Source: Mobula birostris (Eukaryota). Taken from it: DNA of 64,000 nucleotides. The notes beneath the pieces are model-generated. The model was not told the DNA's origin, ran no database searches, and saw only the letters and a program-made list of their open reading frames with translations. The DNA is taken from NCBI RefSeq assembly GCF_030028105.1, contig NC_092390.1, positions 52,682,777 to 52,746,776 of the forward strand, in the 5' to 3' direction. The first letter of the stretch is position 1; every line of letters begins with the position of its first letter. Below, one piece after another: positions 37,360-49,872 of the stretch. The position numbers and the translations under genes are program-made.

Positions 37360-39398
37360 GTAATAGACTGCACAGTAAATTTGTTTATACATTTTAAATG
37401 ACAACAGCTATTGTAATGTTTGAGCCGATCAGACAAATTCTTGTGAGATGGCTAATAAACTATTAGAAGAAAAATATAACCGCAGATGCAAGGAAGCCAA
37501 AATGTAAAGTGTTGGTAATACTTGGGTCAGGTTACATCTGTACAGGAATAGCTGATGTTTGAGGTCTTTGATTCTTCATGGCATGTGGATTAGCTGAAAT
37601 ATTGAGGATTGTTTAATGGGCATGAAAAAGACCTGCTGTAAATGAATTGCCTTTAACTTGGTACCACAAGAATTGGTGCTTGGTCCATGGGTGACTTATT
37701 ACCTACCTGAATGCTGGAGGAGGATTATGCATCCAGGTTTGCTGCTGATACAAAGCGAGATTGGCACAAGTTATGGGAGGGATACAATATATCAAACAAC
37801 CGTAGACAGGAATGTGGCTGTTGCAGCAGCATGCGAAAATATTTCAGCATGTGATAAGTTATTTCAGGTGGTAAATTTAAAATGGCAAAATTGCAAATTT
37901 ATGTTATTCGGAGGAATCAAAGTATCTTTGTCCTTGAACCAAAGCCAGTATACAGATAAGAGTTTGTGTTTGGGATAGTAAATGGCATGTTATTCTTTAC
38001 TATACAAGGAAAGTAGTAAAAGAGGTCTTCTTGTATTATATTGGGTTCAGCTCATTTCCTAATCTTGAAAATATTTTTGCCTTGGAAGTAGTGTAACACA
38101 AGTTCAGTTAGACTACTTACTGAAGTGATAGAGCAAACTGGCTTCGCCTTTTCTGGAAATTTAAAAGCAGAGCAATCTTAGTGGAACAATTAAGTCTTAA
38201 TTGAGAGCAACATCTGGAGCTTTTGATGAATGCTTGCATTAATGCTGGAATTGAGCATGTTTCACCATTCAAATTCTTGTGTGGGCCTAAGCTTGTGGCA
38301 GTATCTCCTGACCTGCTGCCAGCTGCTGCTGCCCCCTGCTGATTAATTCCTTGGTGTAGTGTGACCTTCCACAAACCTGATGGATGTGCTAGTTTTTAAA
38401 TGGTCCAAGTTTTTGAATGCTTGAACATCAAAAACATTCAATAGCATTTAATCAGTCCATTTTGACAACTATTGAGCAAGGGTGAAGCTGTCAGTGTTCT
38501 GAGATTGTGTGAGATTGCCTTCCCTGAGACAACTCAGTGCTGTGCTCTGCTATGCCAACATGCTGGAAGTACACCCACACTCCCAGTAGAACTTCACACT
38601 TGGGTGAAGATGAAAGAAACAGTGTGGCTCAGGTTAGCAGCTGTCAATCCCCTCAATAAAAAAAATCTGGCACAGTGATTTTCTTTAACCAGATAATCTA
38701 GAACTAGGTGTCATCATCTTTGAGTGTAGTCAAGAATGAGACAAGACACCTACTGTCAAAGGGCAGTGAATCTTTGAAACTCTCTCAGAATAGTGGCCAT
38801 TTGTTGAGTATAATATTAGATCTGTTTATTTTCTAATCCTTAGGGTTGTTCCAGGGATCAGGAATGATGAGCAGTCTTAATTCCAAGATTTCAAGTTATT
38901 TTAGAGTAAAACAAACATACAAATACTAAGCAAACTAATCAAAGAGCTGAGAAAAGATGCTAAGAGGGGAATTAATGCTAAAACAAAGAATAAAGATGGT
39001 GCTTCTAAAAACCTATCACTTCTATAGATAAGATCAGGAAATTCCTTAGAATTCAAGAAGTTAATAGGATGCCAAATTAAAACATGTGGTTCAAAGTGCT
39101 AATACTTAGCCAGGGAAAAAGGTGATAAACCGTTAGTTTAGCTGCCATTCCGCTTTCTGCCAGTGTGAAAAATACATGAGTTTGTTTAAAAAGTACAAAT
39201 CTTATAAAAAAAGTATTATTTTTTTAAAAAGTGGTTTCCAACAATGATAGGTTAAGATTTTTTTTGAATTACAATACGGTGTAGTAAGAATGTGCTGAAA
39301 CCAAACAGTTGGGCTTATTACAGAGGAGCAGGCTTAAATGTTCAAATGACTGAGTTTGACTCTTAATTTATAGTGTTCTTTTGTTCTTTCCAATACAG

Positions 39399-40327
39399 GT
39401 GAGAAGCCCCACAGATGTCATTTATGCCCATTTGCTTCAGCTTATGAGCGTCACCTTGAAGCACACATGCGCTCACATAGAGGTGAAAAACCATACAAAT
39501 GTGAGCTTTGCTCATTCCGTTGCAGTGATCAAAGTAACCTGTCTCACCATCGTAGACGCAGACATAAACTTCTCCCGCTAAAAGGACGCAGGACGTCATT
39601 AACCAATAAAAGAATGATGGGAATCTTGCAGAAAAAGTCTGGCTACACCCTGAGTTATGGAAGAAGACCGATGATTAATTTCAGCCCTCCACCAATGCTG
39701 GTGCAGAAGACAGATTACCTTGATGAATTTTCTCATAACATATCAGCTGAATCTTATGAAGGTCTGGGAAAGGCACAGACTAGTGGAATCTCAAGGGACG
39801 TACAGGACATGGTTGATAATCCATTAAACCAGCTATCTGCCTTAGCTGGCCAGCTCTCCAGCCTTGCACATGACGACCAAGCTCCAGTATCTTCAGATGT
39901 GGCATCCTGCAGGGATGAAAAACCATATGTGGTACAACATTCTATAGCACCAACAGTTACCACCGTGGTTTCTAGTGTGGCACAAAGCTCATCCAATGCT
40001 AGTCCTGATAGACATCCAGTGCATAATCAGAGGAACTTAAGTCCTGTAGCAGGTCCAAGTAGTGAACGCAGTGCTCACATGAGCTCGCCTTGCATGACGA
40101 ACAGCCAACGTAGCACTCCTACTCCTCCAATTCAAGTGCAGGATCCCCAGCTTTTACATCATTGCCAACACTGTGACATGTATTTTGCAGACAATATCCT
40201 TTATACCATTCATATGGGATGCCATGGTTATGAGAACCCATTTCAATGTAACATATGTGGATGCAAATGTAAAAACCAATATGACTTTGCTTGTCATTTT
40301 GCCAGAGGCCAGCATAAGCAAATTTAA
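39399..40327 (+). CDS. IKZF5: IKZF5 last coding exon, fingers 2-3 and C-terminal dimerisation fingers 4-5
   Basis: caatacag|GT GAG AAG CCC; HRCHLCPFASAYERHLEAHMRSH, CELCSFRCSD, CQHCDMYFADNILYTIHMGCH, CNICGCKC..FACHFARGQH; stop TAA. Total CDS 133+183+929=1245 nt, 414 aa. Confidence 0.97.
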
Positions 40328-40340
40328 TGTTATTTGTATT

Positions 40341-40346
40341 AATAAA
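40341..40346 (+). terminator. Candidate proximal polyadenylation signal of IKZF5
   Basis: AATAAA starting 14 nt after the end of the stop codon, followed by a U-rich tract. Confidence 0.35.
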
Positions 40347-41009
40347 GCATTTAAATTGATCAGAATTTTTTTTTGAAAGAAAGAAGCTTTATCCTGTATA
40401 AAACTATTACTCAAATTGGTTTATATTTTAAAATCTAAAAATACATACTAGTGAAATTTTCTTGCGTTTTCCAAGCCACCAGTGTTTTAATTCCATTGCT
40501 TGGTCTATTCTTTCTGTCCTGAGCCAATTTTAAAACTTGAAACTGGAAGCTATCACGTGCAGTGGGAAAAATAATATTTGCAAATAGATAAAAAGATAAA
40601 AGACCGTGAAAGGAACTTGCATTTTCTCCAACCTATTTTCCCCTTAAGTTGTTGGCATATGGTGTGGAATCAGTTGAAGGCGCTCATTTAAAACAAGATG
40701 GCAATAACAGGGTGGTCCACATTCATGCTGTTCTGAGTATGATTCCGAAGTAACATGCACTGAATCTTTCTAACAAATGTGCACTATCCAGCTTGTAGTT
40801 GCCAAATTGCTGTGTTTCTAATGCTGTTCTGCCTAAATTTAAATTGTAAAGAATTTAGAACTGTTTCTTGGGTGTCACTAAAGATGATTACAGTAAATTA
40901 ATAACATCGAAGTCCTATTTTGGAATCAGTTTATACTTATAAAACATGGAAAAATTCAAACCTTGGATACTATAAAGATAGTCTTCGTGTAATTAAATAT
41001 TCCTCATTA

Positions 41010-43382
41010 GGATCTAGTGCTTTCCCAGCGTATATGATGAATAAACACTTCTCCGGCTTCCAACCAGGTACAGGTATCGATTCTAACTGACATTTCAAAG
41101 ACAATCTCCGCCATCTTCATCAGGGATGATGCCTGGGTGTGTCTAGTCCGGTAGTATTTATACCCCCCCATAGTGCGTCCCTTCTGATTGGTTAGTCCTC
41201 ATCCAATTAGGTTTCTGCTCTCCCACTTCGTTTGTAATCAAATTCTAGCTCTTACTAGAATTGAACTGACTTTATTTCTCTAATCATTCATGTACATGAG
41301 GAGGAAAAATCTTTGTTACGTCTCTGTGCAATTTATAGTAATTTGTAATAAATAGTATGTACAAACGTTTGTACAACAGAGCAGCCAATATAGCTTGGAA
41401 AATACAATTGTCAGCATGAATTAATCAGTCTGATGGCCTTGTGGAAGAAGCTAGCCTGGAGCCCGTTGGGCCCTGGCTTTAATGCTGCGGTACCATTTCC
41501 CGGATGGTAACAGCTGGAACAGATTGTGGTTGGGGTGACTTGGGTCCCCAATGATCCTTCGGGCCCTTTTTACACAGCTGTCTCTGTAAATGTCCTGAAT
41601 AGTGGGAAGTTAACACGTACGGATGCGCTGGGCTGTTTGCACCACTCTCTGCAGAGTGCTGCCAATCTGGATGCTCTCAATTATGCCCCTGTAGAAAGTC
41701 CTTGGGATTTGGGGACTCATGCCAAACTTCTTCAACTGTGTGAGATGAAGGAGGCGCTGTTTTGCTCTTTTCACCACACAGCCGGTATGTACAGACGACC
41801 TGAGGTCCTCTGTGATGTGTATACAGAAGAACTTAAAGTTGTTCACTCTCTACCCCAGATCCATTGATGTCAAGAAGGGTGAGCCTGTCTCCATTCCTCC
41901 TGTAGTCCACAATCAGCTCCTTTGTTGAGTGAGATTTCATCTTTGTAAAAATTCTTTTCCTCTAGTTTTATTTCAATGGCTTCCTTTACTAGGCAGTCTC
42001 AAAAGCCATTGGTGCAGGACAGTAGCCTTGTGCCATTGAAGTCAATCCTACGGCCATTGTGAATGCATTGTTCTGCTACCACTGATTTCTCTGGGTAACC
42101 CAAATGGATACACCTCCTGTGCTCCTTAATGAAGCCTTCCACCATGCATCTCATCTGGGTGATATATGCTGCTCTGCATTCACAGGGAATCCTGTAAATG
42201 CCAGCCAACCTGAGGCCCAGATCATCTTTGACCTGCATAAGCTGTGACTTGAACTTCCTTACAGGTTTGTGGATGGTATTAATCCAGTATTCCTTCAGGA
42301 TCCTGGTGATCCTTGCAGAAACTGTGGAAATATAGAGAAGACAGGTGATAGCTATGGGTTCTTCCTTGTTAGGTTTCCAGGTTTTTTCCTCAGCCCTTTT
42401 AAGGGCCCGATTGATTTCCTTCACCTTGTAGCCATTCTGTAAGAATGTCGTGCGTAATTTTGTTTCCTTGGAGACTCTCCAGGTCCAAAATAGGTTTTGC
42501 GTGGTCAATTGAAGCAGAAAGAACTGCTGTATATTTGGAGGCATGATGGTGGCTGTTATTGTTGAGGTACAAGTCCGTGTGAAAGGGCTTCCGACAGATG
42601 CCATGTCTGAGGCTACCATCTGGTTTCTGTCTTATTAGAATGTCCAGGAATGGGAAGTAACCATTCTTCTCCATCTCCATCGTAAATTGAATGTATACTG
42701 TTCAGATGGTCGTGGAGCTGCTGGAATTCCGGGAGTCCATGACTCCACGCTATGAAGGTATCATTGACGTATCTGAAGCAGAATTTGGTGAGTAAGGGTG
42801 ATGAACTCAGAGCCCACTCCTCAAAAGTCCTCCATGCAGAAATTAGCAATAGCCAGCAACAAGGGCAAACCCATGATCACTCTGTCTGCTTGTTCATAGT
42901 AGTTCCCATTATATCCCCTTATATTTAAACTTACCCTTGCAACAGCGTACTTCTATATAGAGGAACTATCATCATGAAAACCCGTATCAAGGAGCATGGG
43001 AGATGTATCTGGGTTACACGGAGAAATCAGCAGTAGCAGAACATTGCATTCACAATGGCCATAGGGTCGACTTCAACAGCATAAAACTACTGTGTCACAA
43101 GGTAAAGGAAGCCATTTAAATAAAACTAGAGGAAAAGAATTTTGACAAAGACAAAGGTCTCGCTCTTAGTAAGAAATGAAATTCGGTTGTGAACAATGTG
43201 GGAGAGCGGAAACCTGATTGGGTGAGGACTGGCCAATCAGGAGGGACGGGCTACAGGGTACAAATACCACCAGACTAAATGTGCCCTGGCATCATCCCTG
43301 ATGAAGATGGCAGAGTTTGTGATAGAAACGTCAATTATAATTGATATCTGTACCCGGTTGGAAGCCTGAGAAGAGTTCATTC
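41010..43382 (-). mobile_element. Penelope-like element (RT plus GIY-YIG) with an inverted terminal copy and a nested Rex fragment
   Basis: Minus strand YNGNYYEQ..MG.P...IANF.ME, FRYVNDTF, GIYRIPCEC..YI; 42975-43382 is an inverted copy of the 3' end; ATTCCTCATTA at 40999-41009 and 43383-43393. Confidence 0.88.
41272..41925 (-). mobile_element. Rex1/Babar 3' fragment nested in the Penelope element
   Basis: VVKRAKQRLLHLTQLKKFGMSPQIPRTFYRGIIES; Penelope sequence resumes on both sides. Confidence 0.8.
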
Positions 43383-44089
43383 ATTCCTCATTATTTTTCA
43401 CTTTTTTTTTGCTCTTGACTTTGTTTTGCAGATACCCTAGGTCTTGATTTCTTAATCATTCCCCCCCCCACCCTGCCCCAGGATTAACTTCTACCCATGT
43501 GTAGTCATGAGATGAAGATTGAAGCATGAGTTGTTATCTTTACTGACGCATCCCGAGGTCTTTACAGTTGTATACTGAAAGAGCAACTTGTCCAGCTAAA
43601 TACTAATTAATTTTGAGATTTTTAAATTTTAAATCACTTAATTTATTTATTCCAAAAATATTTTTGTTCTATGCCCCAGCAGTGCAACGGGCAGCAATGA
43701 TAACACCTTTGGGGTGGTGAGGAAATCTACTTCATTTTGTGTTATGCAGTGAGTTTTATGTTTTCAGATGTGTTGGATGTTATTACAAATATTAGTGTAG
43801 GGACCATAATGATTCAAAACTTGAACAATTATGACTAAGCCAAATACAAATTGGTGGTAAATATTAAGGAGGGTTGAAATGAATAGAACTTTGTTGTCAT
43901 TGCTCAAGAAGAGATTGTGGTGCTTCTCCAGTCCACGCAAAACGTATTTATAATGCATGCGGTATGGCTTAATCAAAAAAAAAATTACATGGAACAAGTG
44001 ACTTTGATAGTCCATTACACTCAAAGGCTATTGGCAAGCCGGGGTGTAGCATTTATTCAGCAGCACAAGAGCCCTTGGAAAGAAGCTGG

Positions 44090-44575
44090 TTTTCAGTCTT
44101 GCTGTCTCAGCTAAGATGTTTCTGTATCTCCTGCAGGAGATTGAACAGACGGTGTCTGGGAGATGGAATGGTTTTTAATGATGTTATAAGTGTGCCGTAG
44201 GCATTGACAGATGTAGATTGTCTCCAGGTCCGGTAGTTGAGCCCTACTAATGTGCTAATAACCCATTGGAGTGCTTTGTGATCTGTCTTACTGCAGCTAG
44301 AATGCCACATTGTCATTCCATATGTCAGCATGCTCTCTTGCACATCAATAAAAGTTGGCTAGCAATATATGGGGAAGATTAGCTCCCCTTAAGCATCTCA
44401 GGTAGTATGGTTGTGCATTACCTACGATCAAGATTGTGTTGATGGACCAAGAGAGCTCCTTGGTGATGTTCATCCTCAAAAACTTGAAACTGCAGATCCT
44501 TTCCACTACCTCAACACTTATGAATAGTGGGGCTTGTTTGGGACCTCTTGCCTTCCAGAAAGTCAATTATCATTT
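44090..44575 (-). mobile_element. Rex1/Babar fragment
   Basis: VERICSFKFL..ITKELSWSINT, ESMLTYGMTMW. Confidence 0.7.
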
Positions 44576-45223
44576 CTTTTGTCGTCTTGATGTTATGGTT
44601 CCTGCACCAATCGGACAGTTTCAGCGCATCCTATATGTAGATTTGTTATTGTATTATACCGATATGCTTCATTAATTAAAACATTGTAAATACTTATTTG
44701 GTTTCACAGCATCCATGGAAAGAGATTTCAGTGATCTTTCATCAGAAGAAAAACTAATTTTGATTGTACCTTATATAGTGTGAACCATTCCAGTCTCAAA
44801 TCTAAAAGTAGCAACACGGTAGAAAAAAAAATATTAATTAGAATTAGTGATACAGGTTGTCACCCAGTTGGAAATTTTAAACAGGCTAGATTTGTTTCTT
44901 GCTAGCAAAAAAATATTTTTTCACAGTTATGAAAGCATTTAACAAGGTGGATGATGAGAAGAGAACTGTGTGCCACACATAGATAAAATCCATGGGGCGA
45001 TCAGGGGAACTGAGAATGTGAAATCAGTTGCAGGAGGAGAAGTCAAAGTTCAATGCACATTTATTATCAAACTATGTAATACAATATACGATCTTGAGAT
45101 TTGTCTCCTTACAGGCACTCATAAAACGAAACCCTAAAAAAGCCTGTTTTGTTTAAAAAAAAAAGTCCATTAAACACCCAATGTGCAGAGAGCTAGCATG
45201 ACGAGGTAAGTAGCAACTACATA

Positions 45224-46085
45224 CAGTGGCATGCAAAAGTTTGGGCAGCCCGGTCAAAATTTCTGTTACTGTGAATAGGTAAGCGAGTAAAACATGACCT
45301 GATTTCCAAAAGGCATAAAGTTAAAGATGCCACATTTCTTTAATAGTTTAAGCAAGATTACTTTTTTATTTCCATCTTTTACAGTTTCAAAATAACAAAA
45401 AAGGAAAAGGGCCCAAAGCAAAAGTTTAGGCACCCTGCATGGTCAGTACTTAGTAACACCCCCTTTGGCAAGTATCACAGCTTGTAAACACTTTCTGTAG
45501 CCAGCTAAGAGTCTTTCAATTCTTGTTTGGGGGATTTTCGCCCATTCTTCCTTGCAAAAGGCTTGTAGTTCTGTGAGATTCTTGGGCCATTTTGCATGCA
45601 CTGCTCTTTTGAGGTCTATCCACAGATTTTCAATGATGTTTAGGTCGGGGGACTGTGAGGGCAATGGCAATACCTTCCGCTTGCGTCTTTTGAGGTAGTC
45701 CATTGTGGATTTTGAGGTGTGTTTAGGATCATTATCCTGTTGTACAAGCCATCCTCCTTTCATCTTCAGCTTTTTTACAGACTGTGATGTTTGCTTCCAG
45801 AATTTGCTGGTACTTAATTGAATTCATTTTTCCCTGTACCAGTGAAATGTTCCCCATGCCACTGGCTGCAACACAAGCCCAAAGCATGATTGATCCACCC
45901 CCGTGCTTAACAGTTGGAGAGGGGTTCTTTTCATGAAATTCTGCACCCTTTTTTCTCCAAACATACCTTTGCTCATTGCGGCCAAAAAGTTTTATTCAAA
46001 AAGTTCAAAGGAACATCTAAACAAGCCTGAGGCATTTTGGAAACAAGTCCGGTGGACTGATGAAGTTAAAATAGTTCTTGGCCGC
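45224..46085 (-). mobile_element. Tc1 (DD34E) transposon 3' half with IR/DR-type end
   Basis: QQDNDPKHTS..SQSPDLNIIE with 34 residues between D and E; end TA-CAGTGGCATGCAAAAGTTTGGGCA and inner repeat GCAAAAGTTTAGGCACCC near 45418. Confidence 0.92.
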
Positions 46086-46698
46086 TTCACCTGCAAATCT
46101 GGTGGGGTTGTCTACTGTATCCTGATGTGGCCTCCTCTACATCGGTGAGACCTGTCATAAACAGGGGAACTGCTTCATCAAACACATCAGCTCCACCCAC
46201 CACAAGCAGGACTTCCAGGTGGCCAAGTATTTTCATTTTTGATTCTTATTCCTATTCTGACATGTTGATCCACGTCATCCTCTTGTGCCATGAAGAGGCA
46301 CCCTCAGAGTGGAGGAACAGCACATTATATTCTGTCTGGGTAGCTTCCAACATGATAGCATGAATATAGATTTCTCCTTCCAATAAACAAAATTCACCCC
46401 TCCTTTCCTCTATTCCCCACTTTGACCACTCTTTTCACCTGCTTATCACTTCCCTCATTTTCCCTCCTACGGTCCACTCTTCACTTCTATCAAATTCCTC
46501 CTCTAGCCCTTGACCTTTTGTACCCACCTGATTTGACCTATCACCTTTCAGCTAGCCTCCTTCCCCTACCCGCATCTTTTTATTCCAGCATCTTCCCCAG
46601 TCCTCCCCAGCCCTGACTCTGAGGCTGAAACATCAAATGTTTTCTCTTTTGCTGCCTGACCTGCTGAGTTCCTCCAGCATTTTATGTGTGTTGCTTCA
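46086..46698 (+). mobile_element. Penelope (Neptune-like) GIY-YIG 3' fragment
   Basis: FTCKSGGVVYCI.CGLLYIGET; ends GCTGCCTGACCTGCTGAGTTCCTCCAGCATTTTATGTGTGTTGC; hammerhead partly deleted. Confidence 0.8.
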
Positions 46699-47849
46699 GA
46701 TGTACATCACCTGCTGACTTTCTTGTTTTCTACTTCTCGGGTACCTACTTCGTTCCTAATATAAAACAAGTCATACAATTTAAATATATTACCCTGTAAA
46801 AATTGTTTAAACTTTAAATATTTAGGAGATTCCCAAGTCCTGAATGTAAAAACCTTATTTCCTTCTATTTTTGTTTTGTGTTTTAATGCAAGGAAAAAAG
46901 AGAATCTAGATGGCATATGATGAGGCAGGCGCGAGGAGAAAGAAACAATGAAATTGTGGGCTAACAGTTTTTTAATTAATAAAATCATACAGACTTAAGT
47001 ATGCACATCAGCCAAAGGAACAGGAGAATTCCACTTGCAACCACAAATAATCTTTTGCATTCACCTGAGGGGGCAAATGGGCAAAATCTTCTATTGAACC
47101 TGTTTAATCCACCTGGTATTATTTCCAATGGGAGGAAAATAACGGAATGAATGTGCTTACACTGTGCAAGTGACTTAGTAGGATGATAAGAGAGCACATT
47201 ATCAATTCTGGGTAATCTGCTGCCGCTTCCCCCAAATTTCACATTTCCAAATCAAATTTTCGCAATGCTGAATTTGCAACTGTCAACTCGTCAGCACAAA
47301 GGTTTTAGCTCCATTGCCCTTGTGTTAACATCCTGAACTCTTGTGTTTCTTTTCTCTCCCCAATCGTCAGTTTTAAGGATTTTAATCTGGCCCATCTGAT
47401 TCCTTCCATCTTGGGATGGGTTAGCATAAACGGCCATCACAAGCCTACAGAACTCTATGAAATTTAATCCCACCTTGCTTCCTTCAGAGACTCCATTAGA
47501 TATTTCTTTGTGACATGGAAAGATGTCATTAAGCCCACCAGTTCCAATAGCAATCACATTGCCCAATTTGTTCCCTTGCACCTATCCCCTCTCGCACACG
47601 TATCTGTTTTACACCTCATTGATTTTCCTATCATCCACCCATGTCAGGGACAATTTATAATAGTCATTTAACCTGACAACAAGCACATTTTAAAGAAACT
47701 TGAGCACCTATGTACCCTCGGGAAAAGTGCATTTTCCACACAGACAAGTCAGGACCCAGGCCCAGCTTGCCGGAACTCTGAGGTAAATACACTATCAAAA
47801 GTGCTATTGTGCAACTCCTTCCATTTCCTGTCTCTGTCATGGCTTGTTA

Positions 47850-48490
47850 TCCAAAGTGATTTTCCAACTCGGGTGCCTCTGAGATGTTTTCCTTTTAAAC
47901 TTGGCTTTCCTCTTTCACAGCTCACAGATGTTGACTGCTTCCCTGATCTACTTCCTGTGCCTCTGCTCTTACCCTCCCCACCCAGCGGAGAAAGGACAGC
48001 GTTTCTCCGATCCTCTTCCACCATTCCAGCCTCTGCCTGCAATGGATCATTTTTTCCAAATTTCTGAAATCTTCAGAGATTCCACCAATCAGACATGTCT
48101 CTCCTTCATGTCCATTCCATTTGTGACTCTGATCTGCCCTTTCATCTGCACCAACTTGCCTTATCAGAATTTCCCATGCAACAACATCAGGGCAATCTGG
48201 ACAAATATTCCAGGAGAAACCATGATGCATTTGCACTTCCAGTCTAGAGTGTTTCATTTGGTGCTCGTGATGCGGTCTTACAGATTAGTTAGCCGCTTGC
48301 TTTATACAGCATTTCCATTCGATCTGCAGAGGTGACCCTGAGATTCCAGTTGCCTGGAACTTACTTCTCTGTCCCACTCCCAATTGGACTGGCCTCCTGC
48401 ACTGTTCTAACCAGGCCTAACACAAACTTGAAAACCTGCACTTCATTTTCCTCCCAGACATGTTGCAGCCTTTGGTTTCAGCAACTGCAG
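47850..48490 (+). mobile_element. Older Penelope fragment; a related terminus lies at about 49190-49440
   Basis: Degenerate match to 53315-54520; TGATGAAGAATCGTTGATATGAAA near 49348. Confidence 0.55.
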
Positions 48491-49619
48491 GTACCGCTAC
48501 AGCTCCAATAATTCACTATCCAACTGTTCAGAAAACCTAATGGTTTTGTAGCTGGCTGACCAGGTAATGTTGTGCTCCCTCTCCCCAGCCTAACCTTCTC
48601 AACTTACTTGACTTACTGAACAATTTATCATACTGTGTAGCATGGAATTGAAGGAGACCAAGAAGTGCACGAAATAATGCGATAAATCTGTCAGTCTGGC
48701 ACTAACAAAACCCTGAGTGTGCTGGATTATCAGCATTGTTCTGCATTTTTCCTTTTCTGTTCATTTCAAGTGTGATGGATAAATGGTACGAGATTATGAC
48801 TGAATGCCTCCAAGTCAGAATCCTGCCTAAACACATTCAAAGGGACTGTCCCTTTTTTCAGAGTAAGGAGATCCTTGCTTAAATGCTTACTTTGGTGTAC
48901 GTGGGGGGAGAGGGAGGAAGTTACTTGTGGCAGATCTGCTCTGTCACATCAGGACTGCCAGTTCTACTATAAGGTATCCATCTATAACATCACCTTGTGT
49001 TTTCTTCACACTATGGGCCAGGCATTCCCAACCTGGGGCCCATAGACCCCTTGTTTTATGGTATTGATCCATGGCATAAAAAGGGTTGGGAGTCCCTGAT
49101 ATGGACACTGCCTGATGTGGTACTCATTTCCAGCATACTCTGGTTTAAGATTCAACAATAGCTTTGATTTGCAACTGTTCACATTGCACACCCCTCTGTC
49201 TTCACCTTCTCTATCAGCCTTGATTCAACTTTTAACTAGATGTCCCTGTAAACATTTGATTCACTTCAGCAACCAAGGCCTCCCCTCATCACAGATTCCC
49301 TTTGCTCTATTTCTCTCTCACCTTTAAAACAAACCTTTTTCCAATTGTGATGAAGAATCGTTGATATGAAATATTAACTTTCTGATTCTCTTTCTACATG
49401 AGATGTATGATCTGTTGGGTTTTTCAGAAAATTTCTGATTACAGAAATGGGCCAGTTGGCTCAAACAATATCAGAATTTGTGCTCCAGCATTAACTTGCA
49501 CAAATGTACTGCGTCTTGCCATTTCAGCATAGCTTTTGTTTTTCTAATGATGCAAATTCTATTCTTTGTATTTTTCCACCTGTCCCTGTACCTTAATTCC
49601 TCCGTCATATTCCACATAT

Positions 49620-49872
49620 GGGTGCCACAGTAGCACAGCGTTTGATGCGATGCTTTTGCAGCTTGGGGTTCAATTCTGACACAGTCTGTAAGGAATTTGT
49701 ACATTCTCCCCGTGAACGCATGGGTTTCCTGACACAGGCCAAAGACGTACCAGTTAGTAGGTTAACTGGTCATTGTAAATTGTCCTGTGATTATGCTAGT
49801 TAAATAGGTGGGTTGCTGGGCAGTGTGACTCATTGAGGTAGAAGGGCCTGTTCCATAACTGTATTTCTAATA
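49620..49872 (+). mobile_element. HE1-like V-SINE
   Basis: GGGTTCAATTC B box and V-domain as at 23050. Confidence 0.72.

Noticed and set aside
45903-46148. Apparent transposase-endonuclease fusion ORF
   Set aside because: Short, GTG-started and straddling rearrangement junctions; a scar rather than a gene.
47291-47581. Minus ORF with GNVIAIGTG, reminiscent of ADAR/ADAT deaminase domains
   Set aside because: No HAE or PCG zinc ligands, no other exons and no convincing acceptor; likely chance.
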